A stretch of DNA of 64,000 bases, from the NCBI GenBank assembly GCA_947627105.1, contig CANQUT010000001.1, positions 5,980-69,979 of the forward strand. The letters run 5' to 3'. How positions within the stretch are numbered: position 1 is the first letter of the stretch; each line of letters opens with the position of its first letter. Position numbers and translations under genes: made by a program. Below are positions 1 through 10,800 of this stretch, piece by piece. Below the pieces are notes generated by a model that saw nothing but the letters and a program-made list of their open reading frames with translations, had not been told where the DNA came from and did no database searches. Origin of the DNA: an uncultured Clostridia bacterium (lineage in GTDB: Bacteria; Bacillota; Clostridia; TANB77; CAG-508).

Positions 1-64
1 TTTAAATTTATCACAGGCAATACAAAAATCATGTAACTATTATTTTTATGAACTAGGCTACCGT

Positions 65-769
65 ATGGGAATAGAACCAGTTATTAAATATGCAAAAGCT
101 TACGGTTTAGGCTCATTAACAGGAATTGAACTATCAGGTGAAGCTACAGGAACAGTAGACTTAACCAAACGTTGTTTAGAAGAAACAGGTCAAAACTGGC
201 AACTTGGAGATACATTATCAGCAGTAATTGGACAAAGCTATAATGAATACACACCAATACAAATGGCAAGATATATTAGTATGATAGCAAATGGTGGAAA
301 AGAAATAGATGTTACTTTAATAAAATCTATTAAGTTAGCAGATGGTACACAAATAAGTAAAGAGCAAATAGAAAAAACTGTAAACAATAAATTAGGAATA
401 AGTAATACAAATGTACCAAGCTTAAACTTAAAAAAAGAAACACTAAATGCAATTTTAAAAGGAATGAAAGGTGTTACTAGTGAGTATGGCGGAACAGCAT
501 ATTATATATTTTCAGATCTTGGAATGGATATAGGAGGAAAAACAGGTTCTGTAGAAACAAGTGTAAATGGAAAAGTAAATGGATGGTTTGCAGGATTTGC
601 CCCATATGATGATCCGGAAATTGCAGTAATAGTACTAATAGAAAATGCAGGGTCAGGTGGAAATACAGCACCTGTTGCAAAAGATATAATTAAAGAATAT
701 TTCGGAATGAATGCATCAAAAGTAGATGAAAATACAAATGCTATACCTAGTACTGAAACAGTAAGATAA
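65..769 (+). CDS. Penicillin-binding protein 2 (transpeptidase) C-terminal part; 5' end lies outside the window
   Basis: ORF runs from window edge; KTGS and SxN-type transpeptidase motifs (GGKTGSVETS); position upstream of minC is typical of the mreBCD-pbp-minC cluster. Confidence 0.7.
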   Translation: MGIEPVIKYAKAYGLGSLTGIELSGEATGTVDLTKRCLEETGQNWQLGDTLSAVIGQSYNEYTPIQMARYISMIANGGKEIDVTLIKSIKLADGTQISKEQIEKTVNNKLGISNTNVPSLNLKKETLNAILKGMKGVTSEYGGTAYYIFSDLGMDIGGKTGSVETSVNGKVNGWFAGFAPYDDPEIAVIVLIENAGSGGNTAPVAKDIIKEYFGMNASKVDENTNAIPSTETVR

Positions 770-851
770 GAAATTAAAAGGAGCAAAGTAAGGTTGAAAA
801 ATAATTACAATTCCAATCAGATTTGTGCATTAGAAAGGAATGATATTAAAA

Positions 852-1466
852 ATGAAAAATATAATTAGTATTCAAACAAAAAAAGATAGTGTAAATATTA
901 AAATAGAAGAAGATGCTACTCAAAAACAAATACTTCAAGAATTAAAGAAAAAATTAACAGAACTAAAAAAGTTATATAAAGAGGACACAACTCCAATTTT
1001 TATTACAGGAAAAGTATTTAAAAATGAAGAAATGGACCAAATTCAAGCATTAATTCAAAAAGCAATTCCAGTAGAAGTTAAATTTGATAGTCCTAAAATT
1101 TTAGGGCTACATGGAATTAAAAAAAGTTTTAGCAAAGAAATTGCTACATCTGAAACTAAATTTCATAGAGGCTCTTTAAGATCTGGACAAAAAATTGAAT
1201 TTGAAGGAAGCCTAGTAATATTAGGAGATGTTAATAGCGGTGCAGAAGTATTAGCTGGCGAAAATATAGTAGTACTTGGAATATTAAGAGGAATGGCACA
1301 TGCAGGAGCTAAAGGAAATAAAGAGGCCATTATTGCAGCAGCTGCTATTGAATCTGCCCAAATTCGTATTGCAAATATTGTAAAAGAAATAGAAAAACCA
1401 GAAATAGAAGATGAAATAAAAACATGTGCATATGTAAATGAAGAGTCAGAAGTTATACTAGAATAA
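852..1466 (+). CDS. minC: Septum site-determining protein MinC
   Basis: C-terminal beta-helical MinC signature (GSLVILGDVNSGAEVLAGENIVVLGILRG); ATG at 852 has better RBS spacing (AAAGGAA) than ORF-track start 840. Confidence 0.75.
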   Translation: MKNIISIQTKKDSVNIKIEEDATQKQILQELKKKLTELKKLYKEDTTPIFITGKVFKNEEMDQIQALIQKAIPVEVKFDSPKILGLHGIKKSFSKEIATSETKFHRGSLRSGQKIEFEGSLVILGDVNSGAEVLAGENIVVLGILRGMAHAGAKGNKEAIIAAAAIESAQIRIANIVKEIEKPEIEDEIKTCAYVNEESEVILE

Positions 1467-1743
1467 AAAAAGCATAGAAAATTTAAAAGTTTAAGTTATA
1501 AATTTAACAATAAAAAATTACTAACTTAATAAAAGCAAAATTAAAGCCATAAATAAATACTCGTCATTAACCTCTTCTTTATATAAAAAGAAAATAAGGC
1601 AAATAATTAAAATATCGTCAAAATATAATTTTAAACCAAAAACTTCAAAAAAATAATCATCTTTAGCTTCCTCAATTTTAGAGGAAGCTTTAATATTTTT
1701 TGTTTTATTTAAAGTATTAGAAGGCTTAGTACTTCCAAAATTA

Positions 1744-2151
1744 TTATAAACCATTTTTCTTTTCGCCTCCAAAAGGTCCCATCATTTCAAACGCCTTTCC
1801 CATGCTAAAAAGTTTAATATATTGGTCTACTTTTTCTTTCCTACTAGGCTTTAAATATGGTTTTAAAGATCTTAACAAATTAGCTCTTGGGTCATTTTGA
1901 CTCTTGTTCATACTATCTATAATAGACTTCATTTTAAGCATAGTATCCATATCAATATTAAAGTTATTATTAGTATTATCACTTTCAAAATTAGGAGACC
2001 CGCTATTTTTTATATTATTATTAGAAGATGAGTTATTGGCATTTGTATTAGAGCTAAGATTATTTAAAATATTTTTTACATTATCAGGTATTTCATTATT
2101 TTTTATCATATTATTCATTTTTTTCATAATCTCAGACATATCTTCACTCAT
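1744..2151 (-). CDS. Hypothetical Asn-rich low-complexity protein
   Basis: 135-aa ORF with long N/S-rich tract; overlaps an 83-aa ORF (1521-1772) in another frame; no recognisable family. Confidence 0.3.
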   Translation of the reverse strand: MSEDMSEIMKKMNNMIKNNEIPDNVKNILNNLSSNTNANNSSSNNNIKNSGSPNFESDNTNNNFNIDMDTMLKMKSIIDSMNKSQNDPRANLLRSLKPYLKPSRKEKVDQYIKLFSMGKAFEMMGPFGGEKKNGL

Positions 2152-2202
2152 ATATATGTAATATAACTAAGAAACTTCTCTTAGCTATTTCTCCTTCCTA
2201 AA

Positions 2203-2355
2203 CTAATTCCCCTTTTGAAATTGTTTTAAAATTTTCTCCTTATCTTCATTACTTATCATTTGATTTAATTTATTAAGCCCTTGCTCTAAATCTTTTTTAT
2301 CCATTTTAGAAAGCATTGTCATAAGCTTTGCCATATCTATATTATTATTGTCCAT
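2203..2355 (-). CDS. Hypothetical small protein (50 aa), not in ORF track
   Basis: ATG preceded by AGGGGTG RBS on minus strand; translation MDNNNIDMAKLMTMLSKMDKKDLEQGLNKLNQMISNEDKEKILKQFQKGN. Confidence 0.3.
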   Translation of the reverse strand: MDNNNIDMAKLMTMLSKMDKKDLEQGLNKLNQMISNEDKEKILKQFQKGN

Positions 2356-2587
2356 AAATTTCACCCCTATAAATTAATTATATAATTATATATATTCTAA
2401 TTATTAAAAAATGTTACTAAAAGATAAAAATAAATTTTTAAATTCAAATTATGTATACTAAAATCAAAAAAACTGCTATTATTGTAATATAGTAATACTT
2501 TTGTAATATAAATTTAATATTTTGTTTTAAAAAACAACTTCCGTAAACGAATTTCCATTATTCGACATTTTTGGAAAGATTCCACCA

Positions 2588-2616
2588 TTGAAAAATAAGC
2601 TAAAAATGCTAAAATA
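2588..2616 (+). promoter_or_regulatory. Putative sigma-A promoter of A1-B1 operon (TTGAAA-17-AAAATA, weak -10)
   Basis: Same -35 context (cattgaaaaat) as the A2 promoter; identical RBS block TTTTAGGAGGTTAC before both A genes. Confidence 0.35.
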
Positions 2617-2659
2617 TATTATAGAGTAATTATATTTTTAAATATTTTAGGAGGTTACT

Positions 2660-5600
2660 ATGAAATTAAAACAAAAGATAATTACAGCTTTCACAACAAC
2701 AATTTTGCTAGGAAGTTATTTATTGCCAGTTGGAAACTTAGCAATAGCAACAGCTACCGCTGAACTTGAAAGCCAAACATCAAAAACTAATAATCCAAAT
2801 GTAGAATTTAATACTTACCTTGAAGGAAATACACATGAAAACACTTATAACCTTACAGAAGGTGGAAAGTTATATATAGAACTTAAGGTAAAAGAAAACG
2901 GCTATTTAAAAAATGGAATAGTCGAATTTAGCAATTGTAATTATAATTTTAATAGTAACGAAATAAATTCGGAATATATTCAAAAAATAGAAAACAATGC
3001 TATATATTTAAAACAAATTAGTAATGAAGACAGTATAAGAATAGAGCTACCAATAAGTTTTAAAAAGGAAGAAGCTATTAATATAGAAGAATTTAATAAA
3101 GAATCTAAAGCAAAATTAAAAGGTAGTTATATAAATATAGAAGGAAAAGAAATATTAATAGAAAAAGAAATAACAAATAAACTAAAATGGGAAGCAGAAG
3201 CAGAAGCCAAAGTAAATGCAGAAATAACAAAATACATACCATATAAATTAGGAGAAGAATATGGATTATTATTACAAACAAAAATAAACTCTGGAATTAA
3301 TGAAAATATATTACCAATTGCAAGTACTTCTTTAGAAGTATCAGTACCTGTAATAAATAATAAAAAAGCAGACGTAGTAAAAGTAATAGCAAATAAAACA
3401 ATAGCAACTAATGGAGAAGAAAGCGGACTTAACTTTACATCTGAAAACTATGAATATAATGAGAATGAAAATAAAGTAAAAATAAATGTAAACAATAAAG
3501 TAAATACACAAGGAAACATGGCATGGAAAAATGGAGAAGATGAATATTTAATAACTTGTATTTATAAAGAAAAAGAAATATATGACTATGTAAAAGGACA
3601 GCTAGAAAAAGCAAATTCTACAAAAATAACAGAAGAACAAATAGCAAACGGAGATAATAATATTAATGCAATAAATATGCCAACACAAGTAAATGGAATA
3701 ATTACAGTTTATGGAATAGAACAAAAACAAATACAAGTAAATTCAAGTTTTTCAAGTATTATACAAGAGGAAAAAGGAGAATTATCTGATTCTACAGTAA
3801 AAACAATAAATAATATTAGTAAAGGCTATATATATGCAAATTATGCAAAAGAAGAAAATGAAAAACAAGTAGAAGAAAAAGAGCAAACTATATATGAATT
3901 AACCTATAATGCACAAATATATAGTACAGATATACTAAAAGAAATTAAATTTATAACAGAAGAAGAAAAAATATTTGCAGAAAATACTGAATATGAAATA
4001 GGAAAAAACATTATAACAAAAGAAGTAAAAATTAATGAAGCAATATTTAAAAAAATATTAGGAGAAGAAGGAAATCTACAAGTTTTAGACAAAAGTAATA
4101 ATGTACTAGGAGAAATTAATTCTTTAAGTCAAAAAGATGATCAAGGAAACTATATTTTAAATATAGAAGAAAAAAATATAAATGAGGTAATAGTTAAAGC
4201 TTCTAATCCTATTACAGAAGGAAGCTTAGAAGTAAAAGTAGAAAAAGCATTCGTAAAAAACCAAAGTTTTTCACAAGAGCAAATGAAAACTTTTACTAAA
4301 ATATTAATAACATCAAACATAGAAACAAATACAAACAATAAAAATTATAATATGGAAATAACATTACAAGAACCAGTAAGCAAGGCAGAAATAAAAGTAG
4401 AAGAGGAAAAACAAACACTATCTACTGTAGTAGTAAATAAAGATGTTAATATAAATGTAGTATTAGATACATCAAGTGTTCAAAACGCATTATATAAAAA
4501 CCCAGTTATAAAAATAGTAATGCCAAGTGAAATAAAAAAGGTAGATTTAAAAGATGCTAACCTTTTATTAGACGATGAATTAAAAATAGAGAATAAAAAA
4601 GTAACAACTGAAAATGGAAAACAAATTATTAATATTACATTAAAGGGAACACAAACTGAATATGAAAACTATTCAGATATAGAGCAGAATAATGTAATAA
4701 CAAAAGGAGCAAATATAATACTTAAAGCAGATCTTACATTAGACATGTTAGCATCAAGCCAAACAGAAAAAATATATATGTATTATACAAATGAAAATAC
4801 TAATCTTTATGAAAATGTAAATAATGAAGATTCAAATAAAATATATGGAATTGCAACAACAGACATAGATATTTCAGCACCAACAGGAGTAATATTAGCA
4901 AGTGGAATATCAAATTATTCATCAAAAGCACAAGAAATTATATCTATATCAGACATAAATGCTACAATAGAAACTTATGTAGAAAAAAGAATTGCTACTA
5001 TTTATGGAAAAGTAATTAATAATCATAAAAATGAAATTACAGATGTTGTTATTTTGGGAAGAATTCCAGCAAAAAATAATATTAAAATAGATGAAGAAGA
5101 TGAATTAGGCTCAAACTTTAGTACTTATTTAAATAGTCCTATCGTAGTATCTGGAATCAATAAAGAAAATTATGAAATTTATTATTCAGATAAAGCTAAT
5201 GCAACAAAAAATTTGGAAGACAATAGCAATGGATGGAAAGAAGAATCAAATACATCTTCAAAATCATATTTAATTGTTATAAAAAATTATAATATGCAAA
5301 AAGGTAAAGAAATAGATTTTGAATATAATGTAGAAATTCCAGAAAAATTATCATATAACAACAATAGTTATGGAGTGTATAAAGTATATTATAATAATGT
5401 TTCAGAAATTGGTACAATTGCTGAAACAAAAACATCTCCTATCATAAATATTTCAACAGGAGATGGGCCAAAATTAGATATTAAATTATCATCTATGTCA
5501 GATACAGTACGAGAAGGACAAATTGTTAAAATCATAGCAACAATTAAAAATGTTGGAGAAATGGCAGCTGAAAATGCAAAATTAATAATAGATGCTCCAG

Positions 5601-7831
5601 ATGGAACATCTCATATACAAATGAATGCAAATAATGCAAGTTATGTAGAAAGTAAAGAAAAGAAAAAAGAAATCTCTCTTGGAACTATTAATCCAGGTCA
5701 AACTATTGTAAAAGAATATGAGTTAAAAATTGAAAAAGGGGTAAAATCTCAAACTATTCATGATGATTCTACAGGAAAAGATATTACAACACAAATTAAT
5801 GAATACCCAGGAGACAAAGATTTGCAAAACATTGTTAAAATATCTTCAAGTAATATAACAAACGAAATTGAATCAGATCCATATATTTTACATGTTAAAG
5901 AGGGAGATATAAGCATTATAGTAAAAGAACTTTTAACAAAGGGAAATGTATTAAAAAAAGGAGATAATCTTAAATATGAAGTAAATGTAAGCAATATTTC
6001 ATATACTAAAGATGCGGAAAACTTAACTTTAAATGTAAGATTGCCAGAAGGTATAAAAATAAACGATATATATTATCAAAAAGAAGGATCAGGAGAAAAA
6101 GTAAAAGATAATATTACAATTAATGGCAATACTGCTACTATAAATATAGGAACATTAAAAAGTATAAATAAATATTTAAGCAATCTTGGCGAAATAACTG
6201 AAGGTACAAAAATTGATAATATTTGTACAATGGCGTATGTATATATTGAATGTACTGTTGAAAGTTTCCAAGGAGAGCAAAACTTTGCAATTGAAGCTGT
6301 AGCAGATGAGATATTAACACATTATTCTAATATACAAAATATAAAAGCAGAAGAAGTTAAATTAACAATAGAGCAAGATGAGCTAAACCAAAAATATATA
6401 AAAGAAGGATCAGAATACATAACACATTTTAAAGTAAAAAATATTGGAGAAATAGTTTCTACTAAGAATGAAATAAACATGGTACTTCCAGAAGGACTAA
6501 GTTTTGTAAAAGTACAATATAAATATGGAGATCAAGAAGTAGAAAAACAAATATCAAAAGAAGACTCTTTAAATGTTAGTATTCATGAATTAGAAGCAGG
6601 TCAAACAATAGATATTTATGTTACACTAAAAGCTAAATTACTTTCAAATACAAATAGTAAAGAAGTAATTACTGTAGCTACATTAAAGGCAGATGGATTT
6701 GAAAAAATAGAATCAAACAGTCAAACAGCAATTATAGAATATGATGAAACTGTACATAACAGTAGTGAAAATGGAGGAGCAATTCAAAATAGTTATAAAA
6801 TAACAGGTATGGCATGGTTAGATAAAGATCAAGATGGTAAAAGAGCAAGCGATGAACAAGTTTTATCAGGTATTCAAGTTATTCTTTTAAACAAAAAAGA
6901 TAACACAATTGTTAAAACACAAGATACAGGAGAAAATGTTAGAACTATAACAAAAGATGATGGAACCTATGAATTTGTAAATATTCCTAAAGGAGAATAT
7001 TTAGTATTATTCTTATATGATACAAAATTATATGGTTTAACATCTTACAAAGCAAGTGGAGTATCAGAATCAATAAATTCAGATGCAGCTAGTATAAATG
7101 TTATTCTAAATGGAGAAGAAATAGTAGCAGGAATAACAGATACTATAGAGATTAAAAATTCAAATATAATGAATATTGATATAGGTTTATACTCTTATCA
7201 AAAATTTGACCTAAAACTTGATAAATACATATCTAAAATTACTAGAACTACTCCGACATCAGGAACAACTACAACAACTTATACACCAGAAAAAGGCAAA
7301 GTAGCAAAATCAGAAATATTATCAAAAAATCTTGGAGAAAGCAATGTTATTATTGAGTATAAAATTGTTGTAACAAATGAAGGTACGGTTAGTGGTTATG
7401 TTAAAAAGATTGTAGATTATTTGCCAAAGAATGTAAGATTTAGTACAACATTAAATAAAGATTGGTATTTATCAGAAAAAGGTAATATATATAATGCAAG
7501 TCTAGAAAATGAAGAAATAAAACCTGGAGAATCTAAGGAAGTAACATTAGTTGTTACAGCAGTAATAACTAATAGTAACTTAGGAATTTTAACAAATAAT
7601 GCTGAAATTTATGAAAGCTATAATAAGCAAGGTCTACCAGATATTGACTCAAAATCAGGAAACAATATGGCAAATGAAGACGATATATCAAATGCAGATT
7701 TAGTATTATCTCTTACAACTGGTAGGGTAGCTACATATATGATATTATTAATAGGAATTATTGTTTTAATAGCATTTGGTGCATTCTTAATAAATAGATT
7801 TATATTAACAGAAAAAGAAGAAGAATGGTAA
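2660..7831 (+). CDS. Giant secreted surface protein A1 (1723 aa): signal peptide, SdrD-B/CnaB-like fold, DUF11-type repeats, C-terminal TM anchor
   Basis: N-terminal signal peptide; WLDKDQDGKRASDE...DGTYEFVNIPKGEYLV (SdrD B-like); DUF11-like block NAEIYESYNKQGLPDIDS; C-terminal DISNADLVLSLTTG + hydrophobic helix + charged tail; paralog of 13357-18318. Confidence 0.85.
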   Translation: MKLKQKIITAFTTTILLGSYLLPVGNLAIATATAELESQTSKTNNPNVEFNTYLEGNTHENTYNLTEGGKLYIELKVKENGYLKNGIVEFSNCNYNFNSNEINSEYIQKIENNAIYLKQISNEDSIRIELPISFKKEEAINIEEFNKESKAKLKGSYINIEGKEILIEKEITNKLKWEAEAEAKVNAEITKYIPYKLGEEYGLLLQTKINSGINENILPIASTSLEVSVPVINNKKADVVKVIANKTIATNGEESGLNFTSENYEYNENENKVKINVNNKVNTQGNMAWKNGEDEYLITCIYKEKEIYDYVKGQLEKANSTKITEEQIANGDNNINAINMPTQVNGIITVYGIEQKQIQVNSSFSSIIQEEKGELSDSTVKTINNISKGYIYANYAKEENEKQVEEKEQTIYELTYNAQIYSTDILKEIKFITEEEKIFAENTEYEIGKNIITKEVKINEAIFKKILGEEGNLQVLDKSNNVLGEINSLSQKDDQGNYILNIEEKNINEVIVKASNPITEGSLEVKVEKAFVKNQSFSQEQMKTFTKILITSNIETNTNNKNYNMEITLQEPVSKAEIKVEEEKQTLSTVVVNKDVNINVVLDTSSVQNALYKNPVIKIVMPSEIKKVDLKDANLLLDDELKIENKKVTTENGKQIINITLKGTQTEYENYSDIEQNNVITKGANIILKADLTLDMLASSQTEKIYMYYTNENTNLYENVNNEDSNKIYGIATTDIDISAPTGVILASGISNYSSKAQEIISISDINATIETYVEKRIATIYGKVINNHKNEITDVVILGRIPAKNNIKIDEEDELGSNFSTYLNSPIVVSGINKENYEIYYSDKANATKNLEDNSNGWKEESNTSSKSYLIVIKNYNMQKGKEIDFEYNVEIPEKLSYNNNSYGVYKVYYNNVSEIGTIAETKTSPIINISTGDGPKLDIKLSSMSDTVREGQIVKIIATIKNVGEMAAENAKLIIDAPDGTSHIQMNANNASYVESKEKKKEISLGTINPGQTIVKEYELKIEKGVKSQTIHDDSTGKDITTQINEYPGDKDLQNIVKISSSNITNEIESDPYILHVKEGDISIIVKELLTKGNVLKKGDNLKYEVNVSNISYTKDAENLTLNVRLPEGIKINDIYYQKEGSGEKVKDNITINGNTATINIGTLKSINKYLSNLGEITEGTKIDNICTMAYVYIECTVESFQGEQNFAIEAVADEILTHYSNIQNIKAEEVKLTIEQDELNQKYIKEGSEYITHFKVKNIGEIVSTKNEINMVLPEGLSFVKVQYKYGDQEVEKQISKEDSLNVSIHELEAGQTIDIYVTLKAKLLSNTNSKEVITVATLKADGFEKIESNSQTAIIEYDETVHNSSENGGAIQNSYKITGMAWLDKDQDGKRASDEQVLSGIQVILLNKKDNTIVKTQDTGENVRTITKDDGTYEFVNIPKGEYLVLFLYDTKLYGLTSYKASGVSESINSDAASINVILNGEEIVAGITDTIEIKNSNIMNIDIGLYSYQKFDLKLDKYISKITRTTPTSGTTTTTYTPEKGKVAKSEILSKNLGESNVIIEYKIVVTNEGTVSGYVKKIVDYLPKNVRFSTTLNKDWYLSEKGNIYNASLENEEIKPGESKEVTLVVTAVITNSNLGILTNNAEIYESYNKQGLPDIDSKSGNNMANEDDISNADLVLSLTTGRVATYMILLIGIIVLIAFGAFLINRFILTEKEEEW

Positions 7832-7847
7832 AAGAAGGAGGTAAAAT

Positions 7848-10800
7848 ATGAAGATTAAAAAATATAAAAATTTTGGAATTTTGTTATTTATTTTAATAAT
7901 TACAATAGCAATAATACCTAATTTTATTATTACATTACTTGATAATATAATTGAAAAAGATTCTCCTTCTGCCTATAGTTTTTCACAAGGTGATATATAT
8001 TCATTAGGAATTGTATTTGGAGAACAGAGACAAAAAATAGAATGGACAGGATCACAATTTGGACCAGAAGATAGTGTAACAGGTTACGGAGTTGTAGATG
8101 GAAAAACAGTACCAAAACAAGATCCATATATCTTATACTGTACAGAATATGGTACGGGTTTTTGGACAGGCAATGGAACAAGACATTATGCAACTTCACT
8201 TGAAGGATCTTATGGTACAATAGAACATTATTATAAATCGAATCCACATGAAAGTATAACATACACGGGTAAATGGCATTGTACAGGGATTCATATTGAA
8301 CAAAAATATGATGGAGAACTAAGTTTTCCATGGCTTGTTAAAGAAAGTGATATAAACTTAATTAAAGCAGGTGGGGATGAAAATATATCATTAGCTTATG
8401 CACTAACTTCTAAAGAAATAGATAAATATAGTGAAGAAAAGCAAATGGCAATTTGGGCATTAAAAGGTCAAAGAGGACAAACAAGTTTATCAGAAGAAGC
8501 TAAACAATATGCTAAATATTATGAAAAAACACAAGTAGATAGAGGAAGTACAGAACTTCCAGATTTAGATATTAAAGGATCAGCAGAAGATTTAAAAGTA
8601 TTAGCACACTATGATGAACAAAAAGGTGGAACATTAACAATTGGTCCAATTAATTTAACATATATTAATCAAAATAATGATAGTATTGCTTTTGAAGGAA
8701 TTTCTGCAATGTATTTTAGAGGCTATAATAAAAAAGGTGAAATGGTTAAAGGAAAAACATCTGCAGATAGAATAAAAGTTGAATATGTTATTGACTCTAA
8801 TGGAAAATATGTACCAAAATTCTTTAATCCAAAAAAAGAAGAATGTTATGTAGATCACAATAAACAAGCTTACCCAGATGGCCAAGGAGATGGAGAATTT
8901 TACTTAGTAATAAAAGATCCAAACATTGGAAAGACTTCTAAAGATGAAGATTTTATAGCTGAGTTAGACTTAAGAATTACTTTTAAATGGATGACAATAT
9001 TTGATGCCCAAGTTAGTAATTTTAACTCTTATGAATATCAAGTAAATTGGTATGAACATTTATACCCAATAACACATTCAGATCCAGATTATTCATATAA
9101 TTTAGAAACTAAAAGATGGGAGGTAAGTGGATATCATTCTGACTCAAGTTGTTTAAAACGTGTTAAATTAGAGGAGGCTAGTCTTCAAAAAGTACTTTGC
9201 TATTATGGCGGAGGAAGAGAACTATTTACTACAACATTTACTATAGGAAATGTTGGAGAAAGAATAAATATTACTATGGACTTAGGAGGAAATGTTTGGG
9301 AAGATGGTTTATCTACTAAAGAATCAAAAGCAGATGGCTTAAATAGTACTCCAGCAGAAAATGGAAATAATATTGATAAAAATCTTAGCAATATAAAAGT
9401 TAGTTTATGGAAAGTTCAAAAAGCAGGAAGTATACCAGGAGAATTTATCACATATACATATACTAATGAAAATGGAAATTATATGTTTACAGGTTTAAAT
9501 CCATTACTTAAATATTATGTTTCATTTGAATATGATGGACAAAAATACTTATCTACTGAATATTTAAATGCAGGTTCATCAAGATATGATTCAGTAAATG
9601 ATATGATAAATGCTGGTGAATATAATGGATCAGATATATGGCATGCTACTTCAAAAGGAACTGAGACTTCAAGTGAAAGAGAAGCTTATAACCAAAGATT
9701 TTCAGAGATAGGTTCAGCACCTAAAAATTATCCATCAGATGATTCTTTATCAAGCGGTGCATTAGTAGAAAGCTATAACGAAGCATTTTCAATGTATGAC
9801 TTAATGGGCTTTAAATTAGATGAAAATGGTAAATATTATATAGATTCAAATCTTGCTTTAATAGATGGATACTATACAGTTGAAAACGGAAATATTGTAG
9901 TAACAAATAAATATCAAAAAGGTAGAATTTCACAAGAAATTGAAAAATATATTAAACAATATTCAGATAGTGAAAAGTCTAGAATGAGATCTGAACTAGA
10001 AGCTTTGATTGCACAGCAAAAAGCAGACTGGAATAAAAAAGTAGATGAAGCTAAAGTAACTCAAGAAAATAATATTACAAATGACTTAAAAGGAAATTCA
10101 GATTATACAGATAGTTATGGAAATCTAACACAAAAAGGATTAGATAAAGTAAAAGAAGAAGTTCAAAAAATAGAAAATCAAAGATCTAGTGGATTAAGTA
10201 AAATAGAAAAACAAAAAGAAGTTAGTTTAGAATATATTGAAAAATTAGAAATAGTTCCAGACTATAACACAATGATAAAAGATGTTTATAAAACTATTGC
10301 AGGCTCAGATACTAATATGTGGAGAAAATTACAATTTATTGAAGACAGCAAAATAAGTTCTTATACACAAAATAATAGTGAGAAATTAGACTTATACCCA
10401 GTATATGATGACTTTTATCTAAACTATTTAGTAGATAATGATGCTGGTACAGGAAAGAAAAAATATGACACAATTGAAGACCAAATGAAAGATTCTTATG
10501 ATCAAACAATTATTACAGTAGATGGTATAGACTATAAACCAATTTACGAAGGACAATTCTTTGTAAATTTAGGACTATGGAAAAGACAGCAAAATAATAT
10601 GTCTATAAGAAAAGATATATATCGTGCAGCTACTAGAATAAACGGTAAAACAGAAGTATATAAATATAATAAACGTGAAGATAATAAGGATTATTGGGAA
10701 ATTCAGCTAAGAATGAGTGATTACGAATATTATTATGGAGGACGTTATAATAGAGAGTTATATAAATCAGATTATGAATATGATACAAAATCTACAAACC

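Noticed and set aside
1521-1772. 83-aa ORF overlapping the end of the Asn-rich ORF, as a possible additional frameshifted gene
   Set aside because: No CGG, no homology anchor on either side; insufficient evidence to join them.
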